Assembly: GCA_034780895.1 (NCBI GenBank)
Contig: JAUZTB010000048.1
Location: 33,071,309-33,135,308 of the forward strand
Reading direction: 5' to 3'
DNA from: Rhynchobatus australiae
Lineage: Eukaryota
DNA length: 64,000 nt
A program made the position numbers and the translations under genes. The notes beneath the pieces were generated by a model, which was not told where the DNA came from, searched no databases, and worked only from the letters and a program-made list of their open reading frames with translations. Positions 53,263 through 64,000 of the stretch are shown in pieces (position 1 is the stretch's first letter; the number at the start of each line of letters is the position of its first letter).

Positions 53263-53567
53263 AAGATAAGATATTTATTTATTAGTCACATGCACATCGA
53301 AACACACAGTGAAATATGTCCTTTTGCGTTGCTAAGAATGTGCTGGGGGCAGCCCGCAAGTGTCGCCACTCTCCTGGTGCCAACATAGCATGCCCACAAC
53401 TCCTAACCTGTACATCTTTGGAATGTGGGAGGAAACTGGAGTATCCGGAGGAAACCCACACAGACATGGGGAGAACGTACAAACTCCTTACAGGCAGCAG
53501 CGGGAATTGAACCCAGGTCGCTGGTGCTGTAATAGCATTATGCTAACCACTATACTACCATGCTGCC
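53263..53567 (-). mobile_element. tRNA-derived V-SINE with a non-CR1 tail
   Basis: Head and V-domain are homologous to 15853-15980. The tail reads tttcactgtgtgtttcgatgtgcatgtgactaataaataaatatcttatctt. Confidence 0.88.
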
Positions 53568-53639
53568 AAATCCTATCTATATAATTGCTATCTCATTAGT
53601 CTACCAAGAATAAGCAGCAAGGTGATAGAAGACGGTGAA

Positions 53640-54685
53640 GACACTTACCCACCAACGTTCTGCTCACTGTACGGATTACCAAATTTAAGACCTCATTTCT
53701 GCATTGGTCCAAACATGGACGAAAGAGTTGAATCCAAAAATGCAGCACTTGGCCTTCTATAGTATCAAGGAGCTGTAGTAAAACTGAAGTAGATGGGAAT
53801 CAAGAGAAAATGTTCAAGTGGCTCATCATACCTTGCAAGAAGGATGATCATTACAGCTATCAGAGACCAATTAGCTCAGCCTCAGAATATTGCTGTAGTA
53901 GCTCCTCAGGGCAATGTCCTGAGCCAACCATCCTTAGCTGCCATATTAATTTCCATCAGGTTAGAAATGGAAATTTGCCGATGATTGTACAATGTTCATT
54001 TCCATTTGCAACTCCTGAGAAAATGAAGCAACAATGTCTGCATACAAGAAGACTTTATAACATTCAGCAATGGGTTTATAAATGGTGAGATACATTTGCA
54101 CCCACTTAAGATCGAGGCAAAGACCATCTCCAACACATGATAGCCTTGGCCACCTACCACTGACATTAAACAGCATTACCATCATTGAGTCCCCACCTTA
54201 AATTACCTGGAGGTCATTGTGCACCAGAAATTCAACTGCCCCATCAGCATTAACATTGGGTCACAAGAGCAGATCATATATTGGGTATCCTACAGTAAGT
54301 GAGTCAGCTCCTGACTTTCTGGTATCTACAAGACATAATTCAACAGTATGAAGGAATTACTCTCCATTTGCCTGGATGACGAAAGTTTCAGTAAGTCACT
54401 TGACACCATCTATGACAAAGCACCCCACTGGATGAGTATGCCATTCACACCTCCCTCCCCTAAAACTCATTCCTTCCACCACTGGTGCACCACAATCGTA
54501 TCTCACCAATCCCGTCTCATCACAGGGTCTAAATGTTGGAACTCATTATTGAACTGTACCATGGAAATAAATTCACTGCACCATCTGGAATGGTTCAAGT
54601 GAACGGCTCATCACCACCTTCTCAAAAGCAAAATGGTTATAAATGTTTGCCTTACCAATGACAAATGCATACTGGATATGATTTA
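53640..54685 (+). mobile_element. Old non-LTR retrotransposon RT/3' relic (CR1-like superclade, family undetermined)
   Basis: Degenerate PQGxVL (53903), IYK...EYSPxAW and DTIYDKA motifs. Related relics near 7500-8200, 11900-12450, 35270-35770, 55320-55560 and, on the minus strand, 19650-20090 and 59690-60290. Confidence 0.55.
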
Positions 54686-55607
54686 AAGAGATATAAATTC
54701 CCTTATATTAGACAGTTTATATCAGCTTTGGCAGATTCTGCTATAGGGTGCTGACCAAATAATGAAACTATATAGTTTGTCCTGAGGCTATGTCATTCTT
54801 CAATGAATGGTGAAATTTATGCCAAATATTAAATTGGACACCTTATCTCACAGAATATATCATCCTAATTTGTCCATGAGAAATGCTAATGTGTTTATTC
54901 TTGCTAAAATGATCATCCAAGGATAAAAGGATTGATTTGTGTTTTTCTGACTGGAGGTCTATAACCAGTGGTGTTCTGCAAGGATCAGTGCTGGGACCTG
55001 ATTATGGTNNNNNNNNNNNNNNNNNNNNNNNNNNNNNNNNNNNNNNNNNNNNNNNNNNNNNNNNNNGAGGCTAGGAAGCCTTTCAATGTGGCCAGCTGCT
55101 AGGTGGGAGAACAGAAAGATGGTAATGAAAATTCAACAGGACCTCTGCATTCCCAGATGGGTTTCTTCTGCACTTTTCCTGATGTTTTGTAAATTACTTT
55201 CATTTGTACAGCACCTTTTTTCCCCTCAGGATGTCCCTGTTACAGGCAGTTGAGAAATTTCAAAGTGTAGTTATTATTGCCATGTAGGAATAGTGGGGAG
55301 TGACAAGATAAGTTGTTGAGGCATATGTTTGGATGCCTGGATAAGTACAGCTCCAACAGACTCGACATATGCAGACCAAAGCAGTCAGATTGATTGATAT
55401 ATCAACTACCACCCCAATAGTACAAGGTGGATATCATAAGTATTATCTAAGATATCAATATACTATAGCTTCACTTAAACCCATAACCTCTTTCAAAGAG
55501 AAGGACAAAAGTAGCAGTTGCATGACACCCATTTTAAGTCAGACACAATCCTGAATTTGAAACATTTGCTCAGCACAAAACTGTACTCTTTAATACTTTA
55601 TGCCTCA

Positions 55608-55892
55608 TGGGGTGGCACAGTGGTACAGCTGCTACCTGATAGCTCCAATAACCCAGTTCAAACTTAACCCCTGGTGCTGTTAGTGTGGAGTTTGAACAGT
55701 GTTCATTTCCTTTGGGTCCCTGGTTTCCTCCTGTATTTCAAAGGCGTACTTGTCAGTTGGTTAATTGGCTACTGTAAACAGCCTCTGATGTGCTGATGAG
55801 AATGTGGTGAGATTGTTCTAAATGTGTAATTGATGGATAGCATGGACCCAGTGGGTTAAGGGGCCTGTTCCCATGTGTATGATTTTATGACT
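55608..55892 (+). mobile_element. Old V-SINE relic with CR1-type tail
   Basis: ggggtggcacagtggtacagctgct..ccagttcaaa..gtgtggagtttg..ggtttcctcc..ggttaattggctactgtaaa..gggcctgttccc. Confidence 0.7.
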
Positions 55893-56664
55893 TTTTGACA
55901 TTTTAATATTCCTTCATTGTCATGGGGTCAAAATCCTGGCAACCCACTATCACCATGGAAGGATCGTCACCACATTGATTAAGTTGCAAATGACCTTATA
56001 TCCATAAATGAATATAGAGTACCACAAAAATCCTCATGTTTTCTGACCATTATGCCAAAAGGTGAACTCTCATCCCAGTCTACATCCCTGTAAAGAAATG
56101 CATAGGCCACAACAAGGAGTCAGGGCTTTATAGTCCAATAGTCCATGTTTACTCTCCAGGTAAGCAAATTTTTTCTCATTATATTAACCTACCCTATTTC
56201 CTTATTCCAGAACTACAGGAAATAGCCAGCTACTATCCAGCCTGTTCTATTCTTTCACTTCAATCACTTTGGTCATATTACCCCATAATGAGCTTTGTAA
56301 TGAACATGGACTCAAATATTTCAAGTCGTTTTCTTAAGTGTATTTGTTCATATTAGCAAGCATCCCGGTGGATCACACTTGCCCTTCTGATAGCTTCAAA
56401 AGATTTTCTTTATTTTTACAATGGATCAAAGAAAAAAAGCCAATCTTAAATTTTATGCACAATTTTTAAGCAGAATGGTCAGCCAACCATCTACTGCTGA
56501 GAATGCTGAAGAACATATAATATCAGCTGCAGAGGTATTGAGAAAATGTGATGCTGAACTGATCCACAAAGTTAATTATGATTTGTTTTTGCATTATAAT
56601 TTTATAGCATATTTACTGTGGACAACCATTTAAATTTGATATTTGCTCGAAATCTTATTTACTT

Positions 56665-58745
56665 AAACAACAACTTCAACTTACATAAACCTTTCAATGT
56701 AACAAAACATCTCAAAGTGCTTTACAAGTTTTTAAAATGGAAATTATACACTCTTGCACATAATCACTTAAGGAAATTAACAAAGCTTGCTCAAAAAGCT
56801 AGCTTTTAGGGAGAGTCATTAAGGTGGAATGAAAGGAATGAGAGGCAGAGAGGTTTGGTGAATGAGATCCAGAGCATAAGGGATAGGGTTAAGCTGATAA
56901 ATGCACCACACCAATGGTGAAGTGATTAAATCTGAGGATGAGGAAGAGTACAGANNNNNNNNNNNNNNNNNNNNNNNNNNNNNNNNNNNNNNNNNNNNNN
57001 NNNNNNNNNNNNNNNNNNNNNNNNNNNNNNNNNNNNNNNNNNNNNNNNNNNNNNGTGGACAATTTGCTTATGATCTAGTTGAAGAGTTAAAGGTGATTAA
57101 AAAATTGGTGGGATAAATGATGAGGAAGAGTACAGAATTTGTGAAGATTAGATTTATTACAGGCTTATAGGGCTGTAGGAGATGACAGAGCTAGTGAGAG
57201 ACATGACTATTAAGGGGTTTGTAAACAAGGAAGAGGATCTTAAAATTATGACATTGCCTATTTGGAAGCCAGAGTAGTCAGCAGGCAAAGAAATGATGTG
57301 ACTGTCATTGGACTCAGGCAGCAGAGTTTTGAATAATCTCAAGTTTATACCTGACCTCAAGAGTAGAAGGTGGGAGACCATTCAGGAGTGCATTTGAATG
57401 GTCACATTTGTAGTAACTTCCATATGAACCAGGGATTTAACCGGGGATGTCTTGAGAAAGGGATAAAATTACATAAAGTTACAGGGAATGGAAATCAGCA
57501 ATCTTAGTACTGGCACGTGTATAAGGTCCAAAACTTAAATCAGGGTCAAGTGCAACATCAAGGTTGCAAATAATTTGGTTCATTTTCTGACAGCTGACTG
57601 TGAGATGGATGAAGTAACTGGGGAAAAATGTTGCTGGCTGGTCTGAAGGCAATGACTTTAGTTTTCTTAAATTTCTGATCATCTGGCACTGGATGCCAGA
57701 TACACAGCCTGACAATTTGGAGCCAGTGGAGGGATCCAGAGAAGTGGTGGTGAGGTAAAGCTGGGTGTCATCTGTTAATATATGGAAATTAATGCTGTGT
57801 TTTCAGATTATGTTCCGAAAGGAGCAGAATGTGAATGAGAAAAATGAGGTGGTCATGAACTGCGTCGCGTGAAATGTCAATGGTAATGGTTTGGGTTTGA
57901 GGAAAGAAGTGTTTATACGTGAGCCTCTGATTACAACTGTATCAATAAGAATAGAACGAGGCAAGTGCATGGGGGAAGGAGCGGCAGTGGGAAGCTTTGG
58001 AGAAGGACACCATAGTATGGTCAATTTATGTCAAAGGGTGCAGATAGGTTGAGAGAGAAGGANNNNNAAATTATACTTGTCCAAATCATATGGGATGTCA
58101 TTACTTTGTCTAGGATTGTTTTGGTACAGTGGGGAGCTGGTGGTGAGGGATTGGTGGAAATTGATTTGAGGGAATTTGAACAATGAGTTCAGCCTAAGTT
58201 GGTGATGAACTTGAAAGACTGCAACCCATTCAACGACTTGAGAGGAAAGAGCAGTTGGTGTTCAGCCAATTTGCAAGAACTAAAAGATCAAATGTTGGCT
58301 TTGTGAGGAGAAGGGTAATAACAGCAAATTTGAAGGAGAGTGTCAGTATAAAAGGAGAGAGAACTGTTAACAATATTAGTTAACAAAACAACCAGAAAGG
58401 GAAGCTGAGTGGTCAAACAGTTAATAAGCAAATAGGTGGTAGATCTTACGGGCAAGATGAATTTGTAGAGAGAATGAAAGAAGACAGGGAGAAGAACAAG
58501 ACATAAGTATGGGACTAGGTCTGGGAGCATTAGAAAATTAGCACCGAGGGCTGGGGAAGTGGAAGTGGTAGGAGCAGCCAACCAAATGGTCTCAGCCTTA
58601 ATGACAAAAGGAAGTCATGAGATCCTCACACAATTGGACATGAGGGAGCAGTTTAAGATATGTACACTAAAAAAATGAATCTGGGGTTATCTTTCCAGCT
58701 CAGAATGATCTTGCCAGAGTGAACAGTTTTGGCAGTTAAGAAGCA
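56665..58745 (-). mobile_element. Degenerate L2 LINE relic, about 2 kb
   Basis: L2-type terminus caacttcaacttacataaacctttcaatgtaacaaaacatctcaaagtgctttaca, then a purine-rich plus strand with gagctgggtgtcatctg-like sequence (ADDTQL on the minus strand, ~57760). Confidence 0.6.
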
Positions 58746-60649
58746 AGTTGATTAGATGTGAATATTTTTTTGAAAAGTTCTGTTGTATCGAATAAGTGAA
58801 AATATAGTGACCTATATATTAAACTGACTGATTAAAACAGGCCAAATTGTTGGACTGCATTATTTGTTCTNNNNNNNNNNNNNNNNNNNNNNNNNNNNNN
58901 NNNNNNNNNNNNNNNNNNNNNNNNNNNNNNNNNNNNNNNNNNNNNNNNNNNNNNNNNNNNNNNNNNNNNNNNNNNNNNNNNNNNNNNNNNNNNNNNNNNN
59001 NNNNNNNNNNNNNNNNNNNNNNNNNNNNNNNNNNNNNNNNNNNNNNNNNNNNNNNNNNNNNNNNNNNNNNNNNNNNNNNNNNNNNNNNNNNNNNNNNNNN
59101 NNNNNNNNNNNNNNNNNNNNNNNNNNNNNNNNNNNNNNNNNNNNNNNNNNNNNNNNNNNNNNNNNNNNNNNNNNNNNNNNNNNNNNNNNNNNNNNNNNNN
59201 NNNNNNNNNNNNNNNNNNAAAGTTTGCTTCTAAAAATTCTTCAGTATAAGATATATTTATTCTTAAAATGACAAACAGTTCTTGACATCTTTTTGGAAAA
59301 AAAATCATTCCTTACTTGTTTTCCAAAACTTAAAAGATCGCTGATGGGTGATCATTGGCTGAAACTCAGTGCATACACAGTCAGGTGATGGATGAAAAAC
59401 AAGATTTTGAAACATTTGACACAGCAACAGGACTCAGTGGTATGGAGAAACATGGAGACTCAGCCATTAGGAAAAACAAACTGCCCTTCCAAAGAATTAG
59501 CTGGGAATTTGGTTAGCTATATTTGTAAACAAGAAAGTAACAAAACAAAGTTATTCCACTCATTTTACCTCTCGTTCATTCTCTACTCTTCCCTTAGCTA
59601 ATGAAAACTTTACACATTACTTCAGCTTCACTTTCTTTGTGAGGAATTGAAGTTAAAGTTTCACATTTTTAAAATTCATTTTCAGCATCTGAGTGATTCT
59701 GGCAAGGCCAGCCAGTATTTACTGCCTATCCCCTTGAGCAGGCAATGGTGCCTGCTGCCCTTGTTCTTCTTGGTGGCAGTGGTCTTAGGTTTGGGAGATG
59801 TCACAGCAGCTTTGGCAGATATCTATAGTGCATATTGTAGAAGGTACACCCTGCAGGTACCGTGCTGCAGCTATGGAAGAAATGAGTGTTTAGGGTGATT
59901 CATAGGGTGCCAGTCAAGCGGGCTGCTTTGTCCCAGATGGTGTTGAGCCTCTTGAGAGTTGTTAGCACTGCATTTGTCCTAGCAAGTAGAGAGTGGTCCA
60001 TCATGCTCTTGCAGATACTGAAAAGGACTTGAGTGCCAGGATGTGAGTCCCTTGCCACAGGATAGCTAGCCCTTGACCTACTCTTGTAGCCACAGCATTT
60101 ATACTGCAAGCCCATTTGATTTTCTGATTAATGGAGCCTAGGATAGTAATGGTGGGGGCTCACCCATGAGAATGTCATTGAACTTCAAGGGTAGGTGGTT
60201 CGATTCTACTTTGTTGGAGATGGTTATTACCTGGTATTTTCGCATTGTGAATGTTATTTTGCCACTAATCAGCCCATGCATAGATCAGAAGCTTTGAAAA
60301 TGAAAGTTACTTAGCTATCCAATGGTGTAGTTATGAGAACCAAACCCAAGATGTGCATAGATAGTTTCTTGGTTCAAAAATAGTTGAGGCCTGAATGATG
60401 CTCCTTTCCCTCTCTCGATGCACTTGAAAGAATGACAGTATTGCTACTACTTCTCCGAATACCACTAAATTGCTCATGCATTGAACTTGGAACTTCTCAG
60501 ATTTATATGTCTTAGTAAATTAGTGAACTATTATGAAAGCTGAACTGGGAGTAGTAAATCGATCATTAGGTAAATTGCATTAAAGCCTGGTAATTTCCAA
60601 TTTAAGCTCATATCAATTCAGGAACATCTAAACTGGTCCTGGGATTGGT

Positions 60650-61480
60650 AATAATATATTACATGGATTGAGGATTCATTAATAAAAAGAAAGAGTAGGA
60701 ATAAAGGTTACAGCAGGTTGCAATTTGTGGAATGCTACAAAGATTTGTGCTTGGTCCTTTGCTATTTACAATCAATTTTAATGACTTAAATGTGGGGACA
60801 CATTGCAATACATACAATTTACTTGTTACCAATGAAACTAAATTTCAGAAATGGAGTGCAACATGGATAAATTGCTACATTAGACATATAGTGCTTCCAG
60901 CAAAGGGAAATTTCTACCCTCAAATTAAGCTTGATCAAGGCAGTGTTAGGCCAAAAATAGACTCTTGAAGCCATTCTGGCATCACCTATTTGGAAAGATG
61001 TGAAAGTCCTAGAGAGGATGCATAAATTGATTCAGGGATGAGAGTTTTCAGCCAAAAAAAAAGGTTAGAATGGAGAAACTGTGGTTGTTGTTCTGAAACA
61101 AAGAAGGTTGAGGAGAGATTTGAAAAAAATGAGGTATGACTGGTTTAGGTTTGGTAATTATAATTTTGTTAAATTTTTATGACTCTACTCCAAATAGAGT
61201 GAAATTGTTGCCATTTGCAGATGGCTCAAGGACAAGAGACTTAGATTTACAGCTTTGAGCAAAAGATGCAAAGGGGATCTGTGGAGAAACCATTTTTTAA
61301 TCAGTATCTGAATTTCAGTGTAGGTGAAGGTTATGGAAACAGAATCAATGTTTTCAAAAGGGACTTGATTAGACACTTGAGCAAAGATAATTTGAAGCAC
61401 TATGAGGAAAGACTGGAGATTGTTCTGCTAGTAGTTGATGTGGAATAAATGGCCAGAAGGCCATAACAGTTCTATGATTC
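60650..61480 (+). mobile_element. Degenerate CR1 RT/3' relic
   Basis: VLGPLLFTINFNDL (ORF 60732), ttctggcatcacc..ggaaagatgtgaaagtcctagagagg, agaaggttgaggagagatttga and a ttctatgattc tail. Confidence 0.7.
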
Positions 61481-62894
61481 CCAGACAAGTCATGAGGCAA
61501 ACGAATTATATTTTCTTAGGAACGCCACAATTGATAGATTTGCAGTCCAAGGAGCAAGAGGATTCAGAACAAATGATTTATCAGGAACATATAGTACCAG
61601 AAGTCACTGCTTAAATTGCACAAAGTTCTGGCTCTCAACTTACCTGAAGAAAAGCAGAGGGCTGTGACAATTTCAAGCTGAGGTCTCGTTGGGCCTAAGT
61701 ACCACAGGAAAGGGAAATCAGCTACAAAGAATATGGCACTCTTCCAAGGTGTCACAGTTCAAAGAAGAAAGCACAAGACAAATCAAGAAGAGGGAAAGGG
61801 ATTCGAGGAACTGTAGCTTATCAATCACACCAAGGGTTTATAAAAAGATAGACTGGAAACTCACTGCTTCATCTTGCATCTGAGTTTAAATGGGCTATTA
61901 TAAGCTTTGCAGAAAATATATGCTTAAATAGGCATTACATGTAGCCTGTCCACTTTGTTGGGTGACCTACAAAAAACCCCACAAAATTGGTGAAAAATTA
62001 GTTTTTTAAAATATCACAGCGGTATACTTGCAGTGCTTTGGTCAGGTCAGATGTACCTTCTGATGAAGCTTGGTCTGGTTAGGTTAATAAAAGCTTATAA
62101 TTANNNNNNNNNNNNNNNNNNNNNNNNNNNNNNNNNNNNNNNNNNNNNNNNNNNNNNNNNNNNNNNNNNNNNNNNNNNNNNNNNNNNNNNNNNNNNNNNN
62201 NNNNNNNNNNNNNNNNNNNNNNNNNNNNNNNNNNNNNNNNNNNGTGGGAAACGGCAGTCTCCAACGTGTCTGGGCACTCCCATGTAATGAATCTACTGTG
62301 AGCTTTGGGTTGATCAAGGGTCAGGAATTGCTGGATACAGGTCACAAATGGTTTATAAAAAATCTGCAATTAGTGAAGGAAGCTTCAGGAAGTTATTTAA
62401 TGTGAAGCTGGGTCACGCTATGTGCAGGATATCAAAGTGACTGTGCAGAGCCTTTAATTGCCGTCTCTTTCCAAAGCCCTGCACAATGGCTCCTGCTTTT
62501 TTTTAAAAAATGACAATATTTGAAGGTTTCTCCCAAAAGCTCCAATTTCTAGCAGAAGTGGTAGAAATGTGCATAGACTGACCAGCTAATGGCATCTGGT
62601 CCATGAATGACATGAAATAAATCTCAGCTGCACAAAGATAAATCAAGCCCATAACTGCCTGAGCCAATTTTCAGATGATTACAAATTGATCAAGAAATGA
62701 TCACTAGCATAACCTAATGTCTGTGCAAATGTGTGCAAATGAATCCAACTCTCAAGACTTGATATTATGTTAAAGTATTTTTATTGATGATCTTTGACTT
62801 TCCGTGTAACATATAACTTTCTGTGACAAAATCAGATAAAACAAGTCCTAAAATTTAACCACTATGCCATCACCAACATATTATGGCTCCACCC

Positions 62895-63197
62895 TTTCAG
62901 ATGAGGCACTAAAGCAAAATCCTTATCTGTCATCTCAGGTGGATGCAAAAGATTTGATGTGACTGTTTGGAAGAGGTATTGGGGTAGATATTCCTCATAT
63001 CCTGACCAATATTAATCTTTCAGTCAACAAATGTAGGATTATTTGTTCATTATTATTACATTCCTGTCTGTGTGTGCAAATTGGCTGTCACATTTCCAGC
63101 TTTACAATGGTGACTACATTATAACAGAAAACTACATTGACTGTAAAGCACATTTGGATGACATGAAGTTGTGATGGGTGCTGTATTAGTGCAAGTT
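62895..63197 (+). mobile_element. Deu-SINE relic with L2-type tail
   Basis: ctttcagatgaggcactaaa..ctcaggtggatgcaaaagat..cctgaccaatatt..gtgtgcaaattggctg..tgactaca..ctgtaaagcac..tgcaagtt. Confidence 0.68.
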
Positions 63198-64000
63198 ATA
63201 CTACCTGTGAGAATAAAATTTATCTATTTCCATTTGAATCATTTGAGGGGTTAAATCTCAAATTGTTCACAACATTTGTTTACTTTTACCAAATATCTCA
63301 CGACAGTCCTTGCAACCAAATCTTAAGCACCTAATGACAATTAATTTGCAACTCTTAAGAATGATAACAACACAAACATTTTTGGCTCATCCTGTGTCAT
63401 ATCCGTGACCACNNNNNNNNNNNNNNNNNNNNNNNNNNNNNNNNNNNNNNNNNNNNNNNNNNNNNNNNNNNNNNNNNNNNNNNNNNNNNNNNNNNNNNNN
63501 NNNNNNNNNNNNAGAATGATAACAACACAAACATTTTTGGCTAATCATGTGTCATATCCGTGACCACAACTTGTTACTTCAACAAACCTTATCTGTGGAA
63601 AACACGTTTAGAAATTTAAAGGAGCTTTTTTAAAGTTACAGTTGTTGTTACACAATACACTAGAGGAACCTTTTAACTCTGAAATGCTGTTTTATTTTTA
63701 CAGTTCTGGAGGTATGGGAGTTGCTGCTTTAGCATCAGGTGAGAATGAAGAAGGACCTGGATGGTGAAGTGGGTCATTTAATCTATGATACCTGTAATAC
63801 TTTCTTCCTCTCTGAGTATCTGCAATATTTAATACAAATGATCATACTCCTCCAATATCTATTCTCCATTTTACATTTTTAATGGATCATTGTATTATTC
63901 ATGCCCTTTGGAATGTAGCTAGTACATCTCTGGCAATAGTTTCTCTTACTCCTTTGCATTGTCAGGTGCAAAGTCTTTCAAAAATCTATTTGCTGGTTTT

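Noticed and set aside
40700-64000. A second host gene or a novel multi-gene system upstream of ZMYND8
   Set aside because: Every interpretable ORF traces to a transposon relic and I found no spliceable exon chain. Short or non-coding exons could have been missed by eye.

Overview
AT-rich, repeat-dense vertebrate genomic DNA from a gapped draft assembly. The repeat complement (V-SINEs, Deu-SINEs, CR1, Rex1, Penelope) suggests a cartilaginous fish, probably a ray or shark (inference). The only host gene I can support is the 5' part of ZMYND8 (PRKCBP1/RACK7) on the minus strand. Six coding exons (40485-40498, 29592-29722, 24321-24466, 2579-2797, 1801-1914, 531-623) join in phase through GT-AG sites into 239 codons. 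These cover the N-terminus, the PHD finger and the start of the bromodomain, and the gene continues beyond position 1. Exon 2 carries an E17-V-E8 poly-glutamate expansion, and there is a candidate alternative first coding exon at 33066-33148. The rest is intronic or upstream DNA filled with mobile element relics: CR1, Rex1 and L2 LINEs, Penelope-like elements with degenerate hammerhead ribozyme cores, SINEs, Tigger-like and piggyBac-like MITEs, a 720-bp solo LTR with a 4-bp TSD, and a heavily deleted Gypsy element. I see no evidence of a new multi-gene system. All family assignments come from recalled motifs, not from database searches, and relic boundaries are approximate.
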